From a virus (Duplodnaviria; Caudoviricetes), in the IMG/VR virus record IMGVR_UViG_3300005758_000102, positions 1 through 32,322 of that record: a stretch of 32,322 nucleotides of DNA. One strand, 5' to 3'. Both the position numbers and the translations under genes were made by a program. Below are positions 9,897-18,495 of the stretch, one piece after another. Below the pieces are notes generated by a model. It was not told the origin of the DNA. It worked only from the letters and a program-made list of their open reading frames with translations, and searched no databases. The stretch's first letter is position 1; the number at the start of each line of letters is the position of its first letter.

Positions 9897-10831
9897 TTTT
9901 TACTCCTTTCGTAATAATCCATTACTCCCTCATCTAAGAAATACTGAATATCGGTATTCCAAAGCTTTTGACCACAAATCAACAGTTTAGGGATTAACAA
10001 TACGCTATTGCTTCTGCTGCCGCTAAATACAAACTGACAACAATCACGATACTCATGCTGTAGCTCTTTCATATTATGGAATACATAGCTTAGATTGTAT
10101 CTTTTAGGAGAAAAAGCATTCAGCTTGGCCATCTTATACAGATCGCATTCGATAACAATAAACAAATAACATCCTAAGCTTCGGCATCTTTCTAATTCCT
10201 TAGCAAATCTATTAAAGCCAACAGTCATAGTCGAGCAGAAATCGGCAAACGACTTTCTATCTACATAAGTATAATCATAGTCATCTCCATTAACAGCATA
10301 ATCTCCTACGTCTAATTTTAACGACTTAGAATTTTTAAATGTTAATGGTTGTTGTTCTCTAGTGTCTATATAAATCTTAGAATCTCTAAAATCATTGTGA
10401 AACTCTTTGGGCAAAGAAGATTTAAACATAGGTTCCGAATCACAAAGCTTACACGCCTCTGAATAGCTTCCAAATAATTGTTTATACAGAGGCATGGGCG
10501 GTAAATCAGCAGTGAAAAGTTCGATAGTGTTTGGCGCATATTTTAATTTCTTTTTTTGGATTCTCTTTTTTAAGCAATCAAGGATATATTCTTTGACTTG
10601 TGACTTATCTGCGGTTTTGCACCACTCGATCATTTGGCTTCTGTTAGTAAAATCTTTATCAAAGTAGTCCTCGTAGTTTTTGAATTGTAAAAGATTGCCA
10701 TTGAGCTTGTTTCTTCTTTGGAAATGTTTAACATAATAATCTCCCAATATCAAATTGTGCTTTTTGATATGAGCATGAAGGCTTTTTAGTGATTCAAATT
10801 CTTGATCACATTCTTTACACTTAAATGACAT
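9893..10831 (-). CDS. ERCC4/XPF-family nuclease with N-terminal C2H2 zinc finger
   Basis: CKECDQEFESLKSLHAHIKKH finger; IDTREQ, LDVGDY and VDRKSxxD (ERKS-like) motifs. Confidence 0.8.
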   Translation of the reverse strand: MSFKCKECDQEFESLKSLHAHIKKHNLILGDYYVKHFQRRNKLNGNLLQFKNYEDYFDKDFTNRSQMIEWCKTADKSQVKEYILDCLKKRIQKKKLKYAPNTIELFTADLPPMPLYKQLFGSYSEACKLCDSEPMFKSSLPKEFHNDFRDSKIYIDTREQQPLTFKNSKSLKLDVGDYAVNGDDYDYTYVDRKSFADFCSTMTVGFNRFAKELERCRSLGCYLFIVIECDLYKMAKLNAFSPKRYNLSYVFHNMKELQHEYRDCCQFVFSGSRSNSVLLIPKLLICGQKLWNTDIQYFLDEGVMDYYERSKK

Positions 10832-11873
10832 CTTCTTGAGAAATACCTAAAATACGAGCTTTCCACTCGGCCATTCCTTCCAATCTATGCGCTTCTTCTT
10901 TGACCAACGCTTTCTGCATTTCTGCAATTTTGACCATATTAGCTCTTTCCTCTTCGTCTTGAAAATATTGAACCAAAGATAACAAAGAAGCATTTTCTTT
11001 TTGTTTATTCTGCATTCGTGTAGCACGATCACCTTGCAATTTTTTCGTAAGGTTTTCAATACGAGTTTCGCATTGATGATATTCCGAACTTTTAGCCTTA
11101 ATAATTTCCGCTAATCGAACGCTCATTTCTTCTTGATCATTCGCTACATCAAACATATCATTCAACTTGTTTAAGTGCTTGCTAACTACTTCAAGATTAA
11201 CAATTTCTTTGCATACGTTCATGTAAAGATTTATTTCGTCGGCAGTTAAATCAGGCTTATCCCAAGTTAATCGAATAAATTCTTGTTCGAATAATTCTCT
11301 ATCTTCTTTCGAAGTATAATTATTTACGATCTTCAAGAATCGTGAGTTATTCAAATTGACGCCCAAACGATCTACGCAGATTTTATGTTGTCTATTGATC
11401 TTTTCTTCCAACAATTCATTACCAGTTGCATCGTTGATCTTTTTGATGATTCGGCCCGTCGATTTCGGCGCTACATAACTGCTTAAACCAACATCGCTGT
11501 CTTGCGACGGAGAATAATCTGGGTTTATTTCTTTAATAATGCTGTGAACCGCTCGCTGTTCCAGCGAAAGAGGTTTTACTTCTTTATCTGGGAAAAGCAA
11601 TTCGGCAATTGCTAATGATGACAAGCCTGTATTTGCTTGATCAATGATAAACTGCTCTTGCTCTTTAGAAAATTGAATTCCTTCTTGTTTTACTCGTCGC
11701 GCTGTCTTGAATTTTAAACCTGTTTCGATCATATAAGATCGCACAAGGCGACCTTCTTTGCTGCGACCATCTATATTTGGATTTTCAAAAACTATTCTAG
11801 TAATCTCATTTAAATCTGAGGTCTTTTTATAAGAAGATTGAATTGCTTGTTTTTGTTGCTCAGTTAAATTCAT
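10821..11873 (-). CDS. Helical protein, candidate terminase small subunit
   Basis: 350 aa, HTH-like segments and coiled coil, upstream of TerL; function by position only. Confidence 0.45.
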   Translation of the reverse strand: MNLTEQQKQAIQSSYKKTSDLNEITRIVFENPNIDGRSKEGRLVRSYMIETGLKFKTARRVKQEGIQFSKEQEQFIIDQANTGLSSLAIAELLFPDKEVKPLSLEQRAVHSIIKEINPDYSPSQDSDVGLSSYVAPKSTGRIIKKINDATGNELLEEKINRQHKICVDRLGVNLNNSRFLKIVNNYTSKEDRELFEQEFIRLTWDKPDLTADEINLYMNVCKEIVNLEVVSKHLNKLNDMFDVANDQEEMSVRLAEIIKAKSSEYHQCETRIENLTKKLQGDRATRMQNKQKENASLLSLVQYFQDEEERANMVKIAEMQKALVKEEAHRLEGMAEWKARILGISQEDVI

Positions 11874-12571
11874 AGTAAAATGTCATTTTCATTTATTATT
11901 TTTTGAGCTTTAGCTTTTAACATTTTTTTTAAGTTTTTTATTTGTTTATAACCTGCGGCTCGATTTTTTTCATTTGTTTTGTAACCCATAAACTTAGCAA
12001 CTTCATCTTCGGTTTTGTGTTCAAAAAACAACATGGTATAGACTTGATAGTGCGTCTCAGATAATGATTCTTTTAATAATTCGTTTAGTCTTTTAATTGA
12101 ATCATTGAAATTTATGGAAGTATCTTCGCATGCGTCTATTTCTTTACTGTGGTTTTCCATAGGAAGGGGCAATTTGATACCATACCCCGATTTCTTTTGT
12201 TTGGACCATTTAGCATATTGAGGACATGTTGTGTTTTGTGTGCCACTCCTAGTAAACGCACAAATATTGTCGCCCATATTATATTTGCATTGCATACATG
12301 GTTTTACATAATTTGTGTAATTATTGCGGATAATATTTCTTATCTGATGCGATGCAACTCGCGCAACCCAAGGCTCAAGAGGACGACTTTGATCCCATAA
12401 AGACCACTTGTTGAATATATGCAATTTAATATGTTGTGAAACATCTTCAAAATCAAACCAGTTAATTGCTTTTAGTTGCCATTTTTTTTGGAACTTTTTA
12501 ATTACTGAGTCAATCGTTTCATAGCACTCTTCGTATGTTTTAGATTTATTCTCCACGGCGAGGTTTATCAT
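11870..12571 (-). CDS. Phage RNA polymerase sigma-factor-like protein (sigma70/ECF-like)
   Basis: Region 2-like DFEDVSQ...WDQSRPLEPWVARVASHQIRN; region 4-like LSETHYQVYTMLFFEHKTEDEVAKFMG. Confidence 0.8.
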   Translation of the reverse strand: MINLAVENKSKTYEECYETIDSVIKKFQKKWQLKAINWFDFEDVSQHIKLHIFNKWSLWDQSRPLEPWVARVASHQIRNIIRNNYTNYVKPCMQCKYNMGDNICAFTRSGTQNTTCPQYAKWSKQKKSGYGIKLPLPMENHSKEIDACEDTSINFNDSIKRLNELLKESLSETHYQVYTMLFFEHKTEDEVAKFMGYKTNEKNRAAGYKQIKNLKKMLKAKAQKIINENDILL

Positions 12572-12911
12572 TTACAAAGTCGCCCAAAGATTGTGATGTG
12601 CGGCGTCTTGGTTGTGTAGGATGACTATCTGTTTGGCCAAAAATAGAACCCAAGGTGAAAGAATTGGATTCAGAATATTTTTCAATCTCAATATCCAGCT
12701 TTCGGAGCTGTGGAACATAAGACGAGTTGGAATATTCACTATCTTCGTCATCTTCTACATCATCATATTCATCATTGACGCTTGGTTTAGATGTGGCAAT
12801 AGTTTTCTTTAACTCTGGCCCCAAACTAGTTCCGCAACCAGAACAAAACTTAGGCTTGGCGTAAGTATAAGTATGTTTAGCTCCGCATTGAGAGCAAAAA
12901 ATAGTATTCAT
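12546..12911 (-). CDS. Zinc-ribbon protein (121 aa)
   Basis: FCSQCG...KFCSGCG followed by an acidic tract. Confidence 0.75.
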   Translation of the reverse strand: MNTIFCSQCGAKHTYTYAKPKFCSGCGTSLGPELKKTIATSKPSVNDEYDDVEDDEDSEYSNSSYVPQLRKLDIEIEKYSESNSFTLGSIFGQTDSHPTQPRRRTSQSLGDFVNDKPRRGE

Positions 12912-12961
12912 ATAATTATGATGCTATTTTTATTATTTTTTTCAAGTTATTTTTAAGCACG

Positions 12962-13028
12962 AAAAGACAAGACTGCCACCGTATAGAAATTTGCATTTCG
13001 CTGCGTGCGTTGCGGAGTCTTGTCTCTT
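12962..13028 (-). ncRNA. Candidate small structured RNA or structured leader
   Basis: 10-bp perfect inverted repeat 12965-12974/13016-13025 closing an inner GCA-GCGAAA-TGC hairpin; starts right after GTGTAAATA (13030-13038); ends in U-run. Confidence 0.35.
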
Positions 13029-13029
13029 G

Positions 13030-13038
13030 TATTTACAC
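13030..13038 (-). promoter_or_regulatory. Putative phage late promoter GTGTAAATA overlapping the phoH stop
   Basis: Exact motif match. Confidence 0.45.
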
Positions 13039-13761
13039 TGATGCTTGATAATTTTCTAATTTAGTAATCAAAAACTTCAGAATTCCGCTTCTTACAATAT
13101 CGTCGTGAGTAAACGAGAATGTTTGAACGCCGTTATCTTTACTTTCTTGATCATTAAACAAATTAAAGATTGGCTTGAAACCACTTTTATTGCCAATATC
13201 ACTTTGCATAAAGTCGCCGCAAATAATAAGCTTAGAACCTTCGCCTACGCGAGTGATAAGTGTTGTGATTTCTTTAAAGGTGAAATTTTGGCACTCATCT
13301 GCCACAACAATCTTATTGACCCAGTTTGCGCCACGTAAAAAGTTAACAGGAAGCGCACCAATTTTGCCTTCTGACTTTAACCAGACAACATCTTGCGGTT
13401 GAACGATTTCTTCCAGCTTATCGTATAGCGGCATCAAGAATGGATCAAATTTTTCGGAAATATCACCTGGAAGACTGCCTAATCCTTTTTCAGCACTTTC
13501 AATAATACTGCGAACATACAGTAGTTCTTTGTCTTTATCTGCGGCCATCAATTGAATTGCCGCATAAAGAGACATGTATGTTTTGGATGTCCCCGCTGGC
13601 CCAGAAACAAAGATTACTGAATTCTGGGGGTCAAGAAGCAAGTCCAGAAACTGAACTTGTTTCGAAGTGAATCTGAACTTTTTTGCTTTAGTTCTGATTT
13701 TATGTTCTAGTTGAGGATGCAACTCAAAAGAACCCGACTTGTCGAGCTTTTTTTTAGCCAT
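13033..13761 (-). CDS. phoH: PhoH-like ATPase
   Basis: GPAGTSKT, LGSLPGDISEKFDPF, FLRG, VADECQN, ITRVGEGSK, GDFMQSD and DIVRS motifs. Confidence 0.95.
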   Translation of the reverse strand: MAKKKLDKSGSFELHPQLEHKIRTKAKKFRFTSKQVQFLDLLLDPQNSVIFVSGPAGTSKTYMSLYAAIQLMAADKDKELLYVRSIIESAEKGLGSLPGDISEKFDPFLMPLYDKLEEIVQPQDVVWLKSEGKIGALPVNFLRGANWVNKIVVADECQNFTFKEITTLITRVGEGSKLIICGDFMQSDIGNKSGFKPIFNLFNDQESKDNGVQTFSFTHDDIVRSGILKFLITKLENYQASV

Positions 13762-13768
13762 TCATATT

Positions 13769-13777
13769 TATTTACAC
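13769..13777 (-). promoter_or_regulatory. Putative phage late promoter GTGTAAATA
   Basis: 7 nt upstream of the phoH ATG. Confidence 0.6.
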
Positions 13778-13784
13778 GCGAAAA

Positions 13785-14606
13785 TTACAAAACGACTTCT
13801 CTTAATGAAATATCTGCCATTAAAACATCGCCCTCTTGAACAGATATATTCTGCGAAACTAATTTGCAATTTGCGGACATTCCAAACCCACCACTTACGA
13901 TAGATTGCCCGCTAATGTTTTTCGGGTCAATATTAATAATGCCGCCGTATCCACTATAATTAATATACGCGCCGATATTGTGGCATTTGATGTTTAATTC
14001 TTTTTCGACGCCATTCAAGAATGCATTGTTGGGGCTGGTGCGGCCAATGCTGGTTGTGTAGCTGCGGTCGCAATTGATTTTGTATGAAATACTTTCACGG
14101 TTTGCATCTGAAAATGTTGTGCCGTTGGTAATCACAGTATAAAAACCATAAGCAATGCTGTCAGTCAAGTTGTCTGTGAAGCCCACGCCCGATCCACTAA
14201 ATGCGGTGCCTGTTGGAGGATTTAAACAAGTAAAATCTGCGCTGACCATTACTGGAGAAAACGGGGCAATGTCAAGAGACACACTTTCCAAATAGCACCC
14301 ACTAAAAGTGTTGCCGCCAATGATAATGTTGGTGCCAGATTGTCCTGTAAGATCGTTTAACACTCCAGATGCAAAGTTCCAAGTGTCTGACCCTTTTGAT
14401 TTATTCACTGCCGCGAATGTTATGCTGATCTTGGAATTGAGTTCGCCGCCAATACGATAGTTGTTGTTTTGGTTTGGGGCCAGAATGCGTGACGCTTCTA
14501 ATCTGTTTTGTGCGCTGATGGTTGCATTGGTTGCCGCAGCGTAATAAAAGTTGCCGCGAGGAGAAGAAGCTATCACTGGGATGTTTTGGTATGTTATGAC
14601 TGACAT
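13785..14606 (-). CDS. Putative virion structural protein (tail tube/baseplate-like)
   Basis: 273 aa, S/T/N/G-rich with beta-strand pattern; late promoter upstream. Confidence 0.5.
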   Translation of the reverse strand: MSVITYQNIPVIASSPRGNFYYAAATNATISAQNRLEASRILAPNQNNNYRIGGELNSKISITFAAVNKSKGSDTWNFASGVLNDLTGQSGTNIIIGGNTFSGCYLESVSLDIAPFSPVMVSADFTCLNPPTGTAFSGSGVGFTDNLTDSIAYGFYTVITNGTTFSDANRESISYKINCDRSYTTSIGRTSPNNAFLNGVEKELNIKCHNIGAYINYSGYGGIINIDPKNISGQSIVSGGFGMSANCKLVSQNISVQEGDVLMADISLREVVL

Positions 14607-14611
14607 CTTTT

Positions 14612-14620
14612 TATTTACAC
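14612..14620 (-). promoter_or_regulatory. Putative phage late promoter GTGTAAATA
   Basis: 5 nt upstream of the ATG at 14606. Confidence 0.6.
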
Positions 14621-14840
14621 AAGGTTTTGCAAAAAAGGGGGCTGGGATTTTTTTTCAGATGGTTTTGGGGTAATTTTATAGAGAATGCAAAACGTTTCGG
14701 ATAATAGGGGGGGGAGGGGGCTGGCCCCCAGATGTATGTGTTTACTGAAATGAGATTTAGAGATTTAGATTAGTGTCCCCCCTCGGTTTCTTAAACACTC
14801 AACCCTTGATTTTTTCTGAGAAATGGGGGGAGGGGTCACT
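14621..14840. other. Divergent non-coding junction with G/C homopolymer runs; possible genome end or pac region
   Basis: G8AG5 at 14707-14720, G6AG4 near 14825, C-runs and GAGATTTA tandem; strand and composition switch here. Confidence 0.35.
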
Positions 14841-14955
14841 TGTCAAGCATAAAACAACAAACTTTCTTCATTTTTTTCTCAGAAAATGCAAAAGAGTTCT
14901 TGCTTTCATCAGCTTACTAGGTTACTCTGTCCCTGTTCACCACCACCACCACCAC

Positions 14956-15273
14956 ATGACGCCGACCATCCTGCCCCGCATCAAGCCACAGTTCGAAGCT
15001 ATCGCTCTTGAAACCGCTGGCAAAGCCACTGAAAAATACGAAACCAAATACTTTGCAAACGTAGAGTTCACACGCGACTATGGTTACGGCCAAGTCAAAA
15101 CCTATGCCGTGGGCGATGAAGTCACGGGCATTCCCACTGCACATGGACTTGCTCAATACTGCAACTATGGTGCGGTTGTGGAAAATGTGATTCCTTGGAA
15201 TCAAATCACAACGAAAACTTTCTGCACGGTGCGCGAATACAAGACGACCGTTTTCGAAATTGTCGAAAAGTAA
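14956..15273 (+). CDS. Hypothetical early protein (105 aa, MTPTILPRIK...)
   Basis: Start moved to the ATG after promoter TTGCTT/TACTCT and a CAC-repeat leader. Confidence 0.8.
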   Translation: MTPTILPRIKPQFEAIALETAGKATEKYETKYFANVEFTRDYGYGQVKTYAVGDEVTGIPTAHGLAQYCNYGAVVENVIPWNQITTKTFCTVREYKTTVFEIVEK

Positions 15274-15319
15274 GTAAAAAAAGCTTGCAAAGATTCAACC
15301 CCTGCATTACTCTTTCCCC

Positions 15320-15517
15320 GTGAGCAGCACCACCTCTTCCGCCATGTATCTCGTCACCATTCTCTTCAAGAACGATTCGAAGCCTCTCGTCCTCGAAATC
15401 GCTGCTCGCGGCATCCGTTGGAGCATCGAGGCCGCAGAAAAAGAAATGAAAAGCGCGTGGCCCTACTACATCGAGGGCGTTGACTACACGATCACCGAAA
15501 TCAAATTGGCGAAATAA
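15320..15517 (+). CDS. Hypothetical early protein (start GTG 15320 or ATG 15344)
   Basis: GTG 6 nt after -10 TACTCT (15308-15313). Confidence 0.75.
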   Translation: MSSTTSSAMYLVTILFKNDSKPLVLEIAARGIRWSIEAAEKEMKSAWPYYIEGVDYTITEIKLAK

Positions 15518-15557
15518 ATCCTTGCTTTTCTCTTCTTCATCCTCTACATTCACACGC

Positions 15558-15794
15558 ATGGACATCACCACCACAGCCGTTGGCACTTTCACGAACATGG
15601 GCATCTTCCTTGGATGGGAAGGAGAGCGCGTCAAATTCCAAGCTCTGCAAGGATGGGTTAAGTTTCACCCTACGCCTGAGCGCATGGCCACCATCCACAC
15701 CATCACGGAAAAGGAATGGAAGGAAAAGCGTGCTGCATACGAGGCCCGTGTCGCCGCCTACCTTGACACGCTGCCAGCGGGTGCGCCCGTGTGA
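15558..15794 (+). CDS. Hypothetical early protein (78 aa, leaderless)
   Basis: ATG 7 nt after -10 TACATT. Confidence 0.8.
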   Translation: MDITTTAVGTFTNMGIFLGWEGERVKFQALQGWVKFHPTPERMATIHTITEKEWKEKRAAYEARVAAYLDTLPAGAPV

Positions 15795-15846
15795 TATGTC
15801 ACGACATATCTTTGACATAACTCCAAAGATATGTTAAAGTTCCTCT

Positions 15847-15923
15847 GTAAGTCACTGAACATCAACGACTTACGCAGGCGCGGCTCCCCCGCCGTTGTAA
15901 CTCGTTGAAAATCAACGACTTAC
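15847..15923 (+). repeat. 77-bp double-box element, copy 1
   Basis: Boxes at 15847 and 15897; spacer GCAGGCGCGGCTCCCCCGCCGTT. Confidence 0.95.
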
Positions 15924-16094
15924 GAGCCTACAAAAAAAACGCTTGACAGCATGTTGTCAAGCAAAAAGCAAAATACGCATAGCATTTTTTCTGAATAAAA
16001 GAATCAAAAAGATGTTGCAATGCAGTCCATCCCGAGGTAATCTGTGGGCGTCCCGCAGGGCGGGCCTTCCCACCTCCTCTCACCCACCACTACC

Positions 16095-16376
16095 ATGAGC
16101 ATGCTCCCATTCCCCGCCGATTCCGCCGAGTTCGAAGAATACACCTCCGTCATGCAGGAGATGGCCGACGAGGCCAACGCCAATATCCCCGACCCCGAGC
16201 CTTCGGGTTGGACGCCCGACGAAGAATCGGATGAACTGCGTGAGGCAGAGGATGAAGCCTATTGGGCTTCGCTCTATGAGCGTGAGGGCGATAACGGTCG
16301 AGAGGACAGCTACCTCGACTCCTACTGGGAGGAACAGAGCGAGTATGGCATGGAGGGCTGCTGCGGCGACTTCTAA
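16095..16376 (+). CDS. Highly acidic small protein (93 aa)
   Basis: About 29 D/E versus 3 R and no K; promoter TTGCAA/TAATCT. Confidence 0.8.
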   Translation: MSMLPFPADSAEFEEYTSVMQEMADEANANIPDPEPSGWTPDEESDELREAEDEAYWASLYEREGDNGREDSYLDSYWEEQSEYGMEGCCGDF

Positions 16377-16390
16377 GCGCATGTCAAGGG

Positions 16391-16424
16391 GAATCTTCCC
16401 GAAAGGGAAGATTCTTTTCCTTTT
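16391..16424 (+). terminator. Rho-independent terminator
   Basis: GAATCTTCCC-GAAA-GGGAAGATTC-TTTTCCTTTT. Confidence 0.85.
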
Positions 16425-16436
16425 CTCATAGCCTAC

Positions 16437-16513
16437 ATAAGTCGTTGACTATCAACGAGTTACGAAGGCAAAGCCCCCGCGTGCGCGTAAGTCCTTGATA
16501 ATCAATCACTTAC
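16437..16513 (+). repeat. 77-bp double-box element, copy 2
   Basis: Boxes at 16437 and 16487. Confidence 0.95.
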
Positions 16514-16650
16514 AGATGTGCGAATCATCATGCTTTGGTGCATCTGTCAACAATAAAATGCAGAAAAAAAAGATCAAAAAAAGATGCAAAAACATCTTGC
16601 ATTCGTTGGTCCAGTGGGTTACTCTGTCCCTGTCACCAGCAATCGCCACC

Positions 16651-16869
16651 ATGTTCCCCGAAGCTCTTACCCGCACGTTTAAGCCAATTGAAAGCAACTA
16701 TCCTTTTATCATTCCCGCGCTGCGCAACGGGTTGACTGTCACCGTAACGCCAAAGATTGCTCGCGAATTCAAACTTGCAAATCCTGGAATTATTGTCAAG
16801 GGAACATGCAAATACATCTCTTTCGAAAAAGCTGATCTGGGCCTTGTGAATATGTTTCTTGCAAAATAA
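16651..16869 (+). CDS. Hypothetical early protein (72 aa, MFPEALTR...)
   Basis: ATG downstream of promoter TTGCAT/TACTCT. Confidence 0.75.
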   Translation: MFPEALTRTFKPIESNYPFIIPALRNGLTVTVTPKIAREFKLANPGIIVKGTCKYISFEKADLGLVNMFLAK

Positions 16870-16925
16870 ATCTTGCATCCCTGCTGTTTCTCGCTTACTT
16901 TTTCCCCGTCAACCAAACCAATCCA

Positions 16926-17177
16926 ATGTTCCTCAACTACTCTGCACCCGCTGTCGAAATCGCTTCCGCTCTTGTTGGAAAGACTGTCCGCTACCTCGCC
17001 GAAAAATCCAGCATCAAAAAGGATGGCGTGCGCGTCCTGAAGGTTGAAGCTGTCGATCATGTCGGCTTCGCCAAGAATGGCAAGCGTTACGTGACCGTCA
17101 AGGCTCGCGACATTGACGACGGCGGAGAAAGCAAGTTTCGCAATCTCCACATCGCAGGCATTGACCTTGCGGTGTGA
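16926..17177 (+). CDS. Hypothetical early protein (83 aa, small beta-barrel-like)
   Basis: Own promoter TTGCAT/TACTTT; high-expression codon usage. Confidence 0.8.
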   Translation: MFLNYSAPAVEIASALVGKTVRYLAEKSSIKKDGVRVLKVEAVDHVGFAKNGKRYVTVKARDIDDGGESKFRNLHIAGIDLAV

Positions 17178-17192
17178 TGGCATGGTGGGAAA

Positions 17193-17219
17193 GGCTGGCC
17201 CTTGTGGTGGGGGCCAGCC
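17193..17219 (+). other. Hairpin with TTGTGGTGG loop (copy A)
   Basis: GGCTGGCCC-TTGTGGTGG-GGGCCAGCC. Confidence 0.7.
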
Positions 17220-17248
17220 GCACCTTGTCAAGAAAAAAAATAAAAGCC

Positions 17249-17325
17249 ACAACTCACTGACTATCAACGAGTTACGCAGGCGCGGCCCCCGCGAAGATGC
17301 AAGTCTTTGAAAATCAATGAGTTAC
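17249..17325 (+). repeat. 77-bp double-box element, copy 3
   Basis: Boxes at 17249 and 17299. Confidence 0.95.
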
Positions 17326-17433
17326 GAACGAATGAATCATCATGTTTTTCTCTATCTGTCAAGCAGAAAAGTAAAAAAATAAAAAAAAACATTTTTTTCT
17401 TGCGATCTGCCGCCCCGCTGGTAATATCTACAC

Positions 17434-17601
17434 ATGTCGATTGACTTTCTTGCCACCCCTGACTCTCTGGAGTTGCTTGCTATGTTTGAAGATGCTGCCG
17501 CTTTCGCGCAAGCCGAATGGGAAGCCGCTGAAACTCTTGAAGAGGCTTTCAACACCGCCAGCCGTGCCTCTCAAGCCGAAGAATTTTTCGCCAATCTGTA
17601 A
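17434..17601 (+). CDS. Small acidic helical protein (55 aa, MSIDFLATPDS...), not in ORF track
   Basis: Translated by hand; ATG 6 nt after -10 TAATAT. Confidence 0.75.
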   Translation: MSIDFLATPDSLELLAMFEDAAAFAQAEWEAAETLEEAFNTASRASQAEEFFANL

Positions 17602-17644
17602 AATAAAGCTTGCTCATAAGCCTCTGCTCGATTACTCTTTTAGC

Positions 17645-17836
17645 GTGAAAACAAAACTCACAGGCAATCAAAAAAGGTTTTTGGCCAATCCTCCAACTAA
17701 AGATTTCGGCAATGGCAAGCGACTTGTTTTCGCCTACACCGACGCGCAATTGAATACAATAAAGCAGTTGGAAACTCTTGGTTTTCTGAAGAGATACCCT
17801 AGTTCATCGGGTTTCTGGTCGCTGGTTGAAAAATAA
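17645..17836 (+). CDS. Hypothetical early protein (63 aa, leaderless GTG; winged-helix-like pattern)
   Basis: GTG 6 nt after -10 TACTCT. Confidence 0.7.
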   Translation: MKTKLTGNQKRFLANPPTKDFGNGKRLVFAYTDAQLNTIKQLETLGFLKRYPSSSGFWSLVEK

Positions 17837-17890
17837 ACAAAAAAACACTCGACAAGAAGACTTTTTTTCTTACTCTTTCCCCATCACCAC

Positions 17891-18097
17891 ATGTTCCTGT
17901 CTCGCATTTCTTACAAGCAACTGCATGTCAGTTCGGAAGGTCGCGCCCTTGGTCATCACTTTTTCGATGTCAATCTTCGTCACGCTGAAAATACCGACGA
18001 AAGTGTTCTCGCCGCTTTCACCGCTTGGCTCGATGGTCATCGCCATAAAGACCGCATTGAATACTGTAGCCGCACATTCTTGAAAATAGTCAAGTAA
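17891..18097 (+). CDS. Hypothetical early protein (68 aa)
   Basis: Own promoter TCGACA/TACTCT; CACCAC leader. Confidence 0.75.
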   Translation: MFLSRISYKQLHVSSEGRALGHHFFDVNLRHAENTDESVLAAFTAWLDGHRHKDRIEYCSRTFLKIVK

Positions 18098-18109
18098 AAA
18101 AATAACATC

Positions 18110-18186
18110 GTAACTCGTTGAACATCAGCGAGTTGCGCGGCTAACGCCCCCGCGCCCGCGTAAGTCGTTGATAATCAAGCACTTAC
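18110..18186 (+). repeat. 77-bp double-box element, copy 4
   Basis: Boxes at 18110 and 18160. Confidence 0.95.
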
Positions 18187-18312
18187 AAACGATATGTCAT
18201 GGGCTAAATCATGATCTGTCAAGCACAAAGTAAAATATGCGCAGCTTTTTTTCTGCGAAAAATAGCAAAAAAAAGTCTTGCGCTTAGTCGATTGCCGCTG
18301 TATTCTTCGCGC

Positions 18313-18447
18313 GTGGAAAACGTCACCGAAACCCCAGCTTGGATCACCGAACTGATCGCAGCCACTGGCCGCTTTGAAGCTCTCGCAGATGAAGTGTCCC
18401 AATGGACTGAAGAATTCTGCAAAAAAGACGAAAAAGAAGTTGCTTAA
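18313..18447 (+). CDS. Small acidic protein (44 aa, leaderless GTG)
   Basis: GTG 6 nt after -10 TATTCT. Confidence 0.7.
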   Translation: MENVTETPAWITELIAATGRFEALADEVSQWTEEFCKKDEKEVA

Positions 18448-18495
18448 TCCGTTCGCCCGAGTTACTCTTTCCCCGTCAACCGACACCTCACCACC

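Noticed and set aside
10815-10820. GTGTAA within the ERCC4 gene start, plus copies at 12315 and 24722
   Set aside because: Inside coding sequence, without the full AATA/ATATA context or a downstream start codon
14938-14955. His6 tract suggesting a tag or vector contamination
   Set aside because: It is a CAC-repeat 5' leader between the promoter and the ATG at 14956; similar CACCAC leaders precede other early genes
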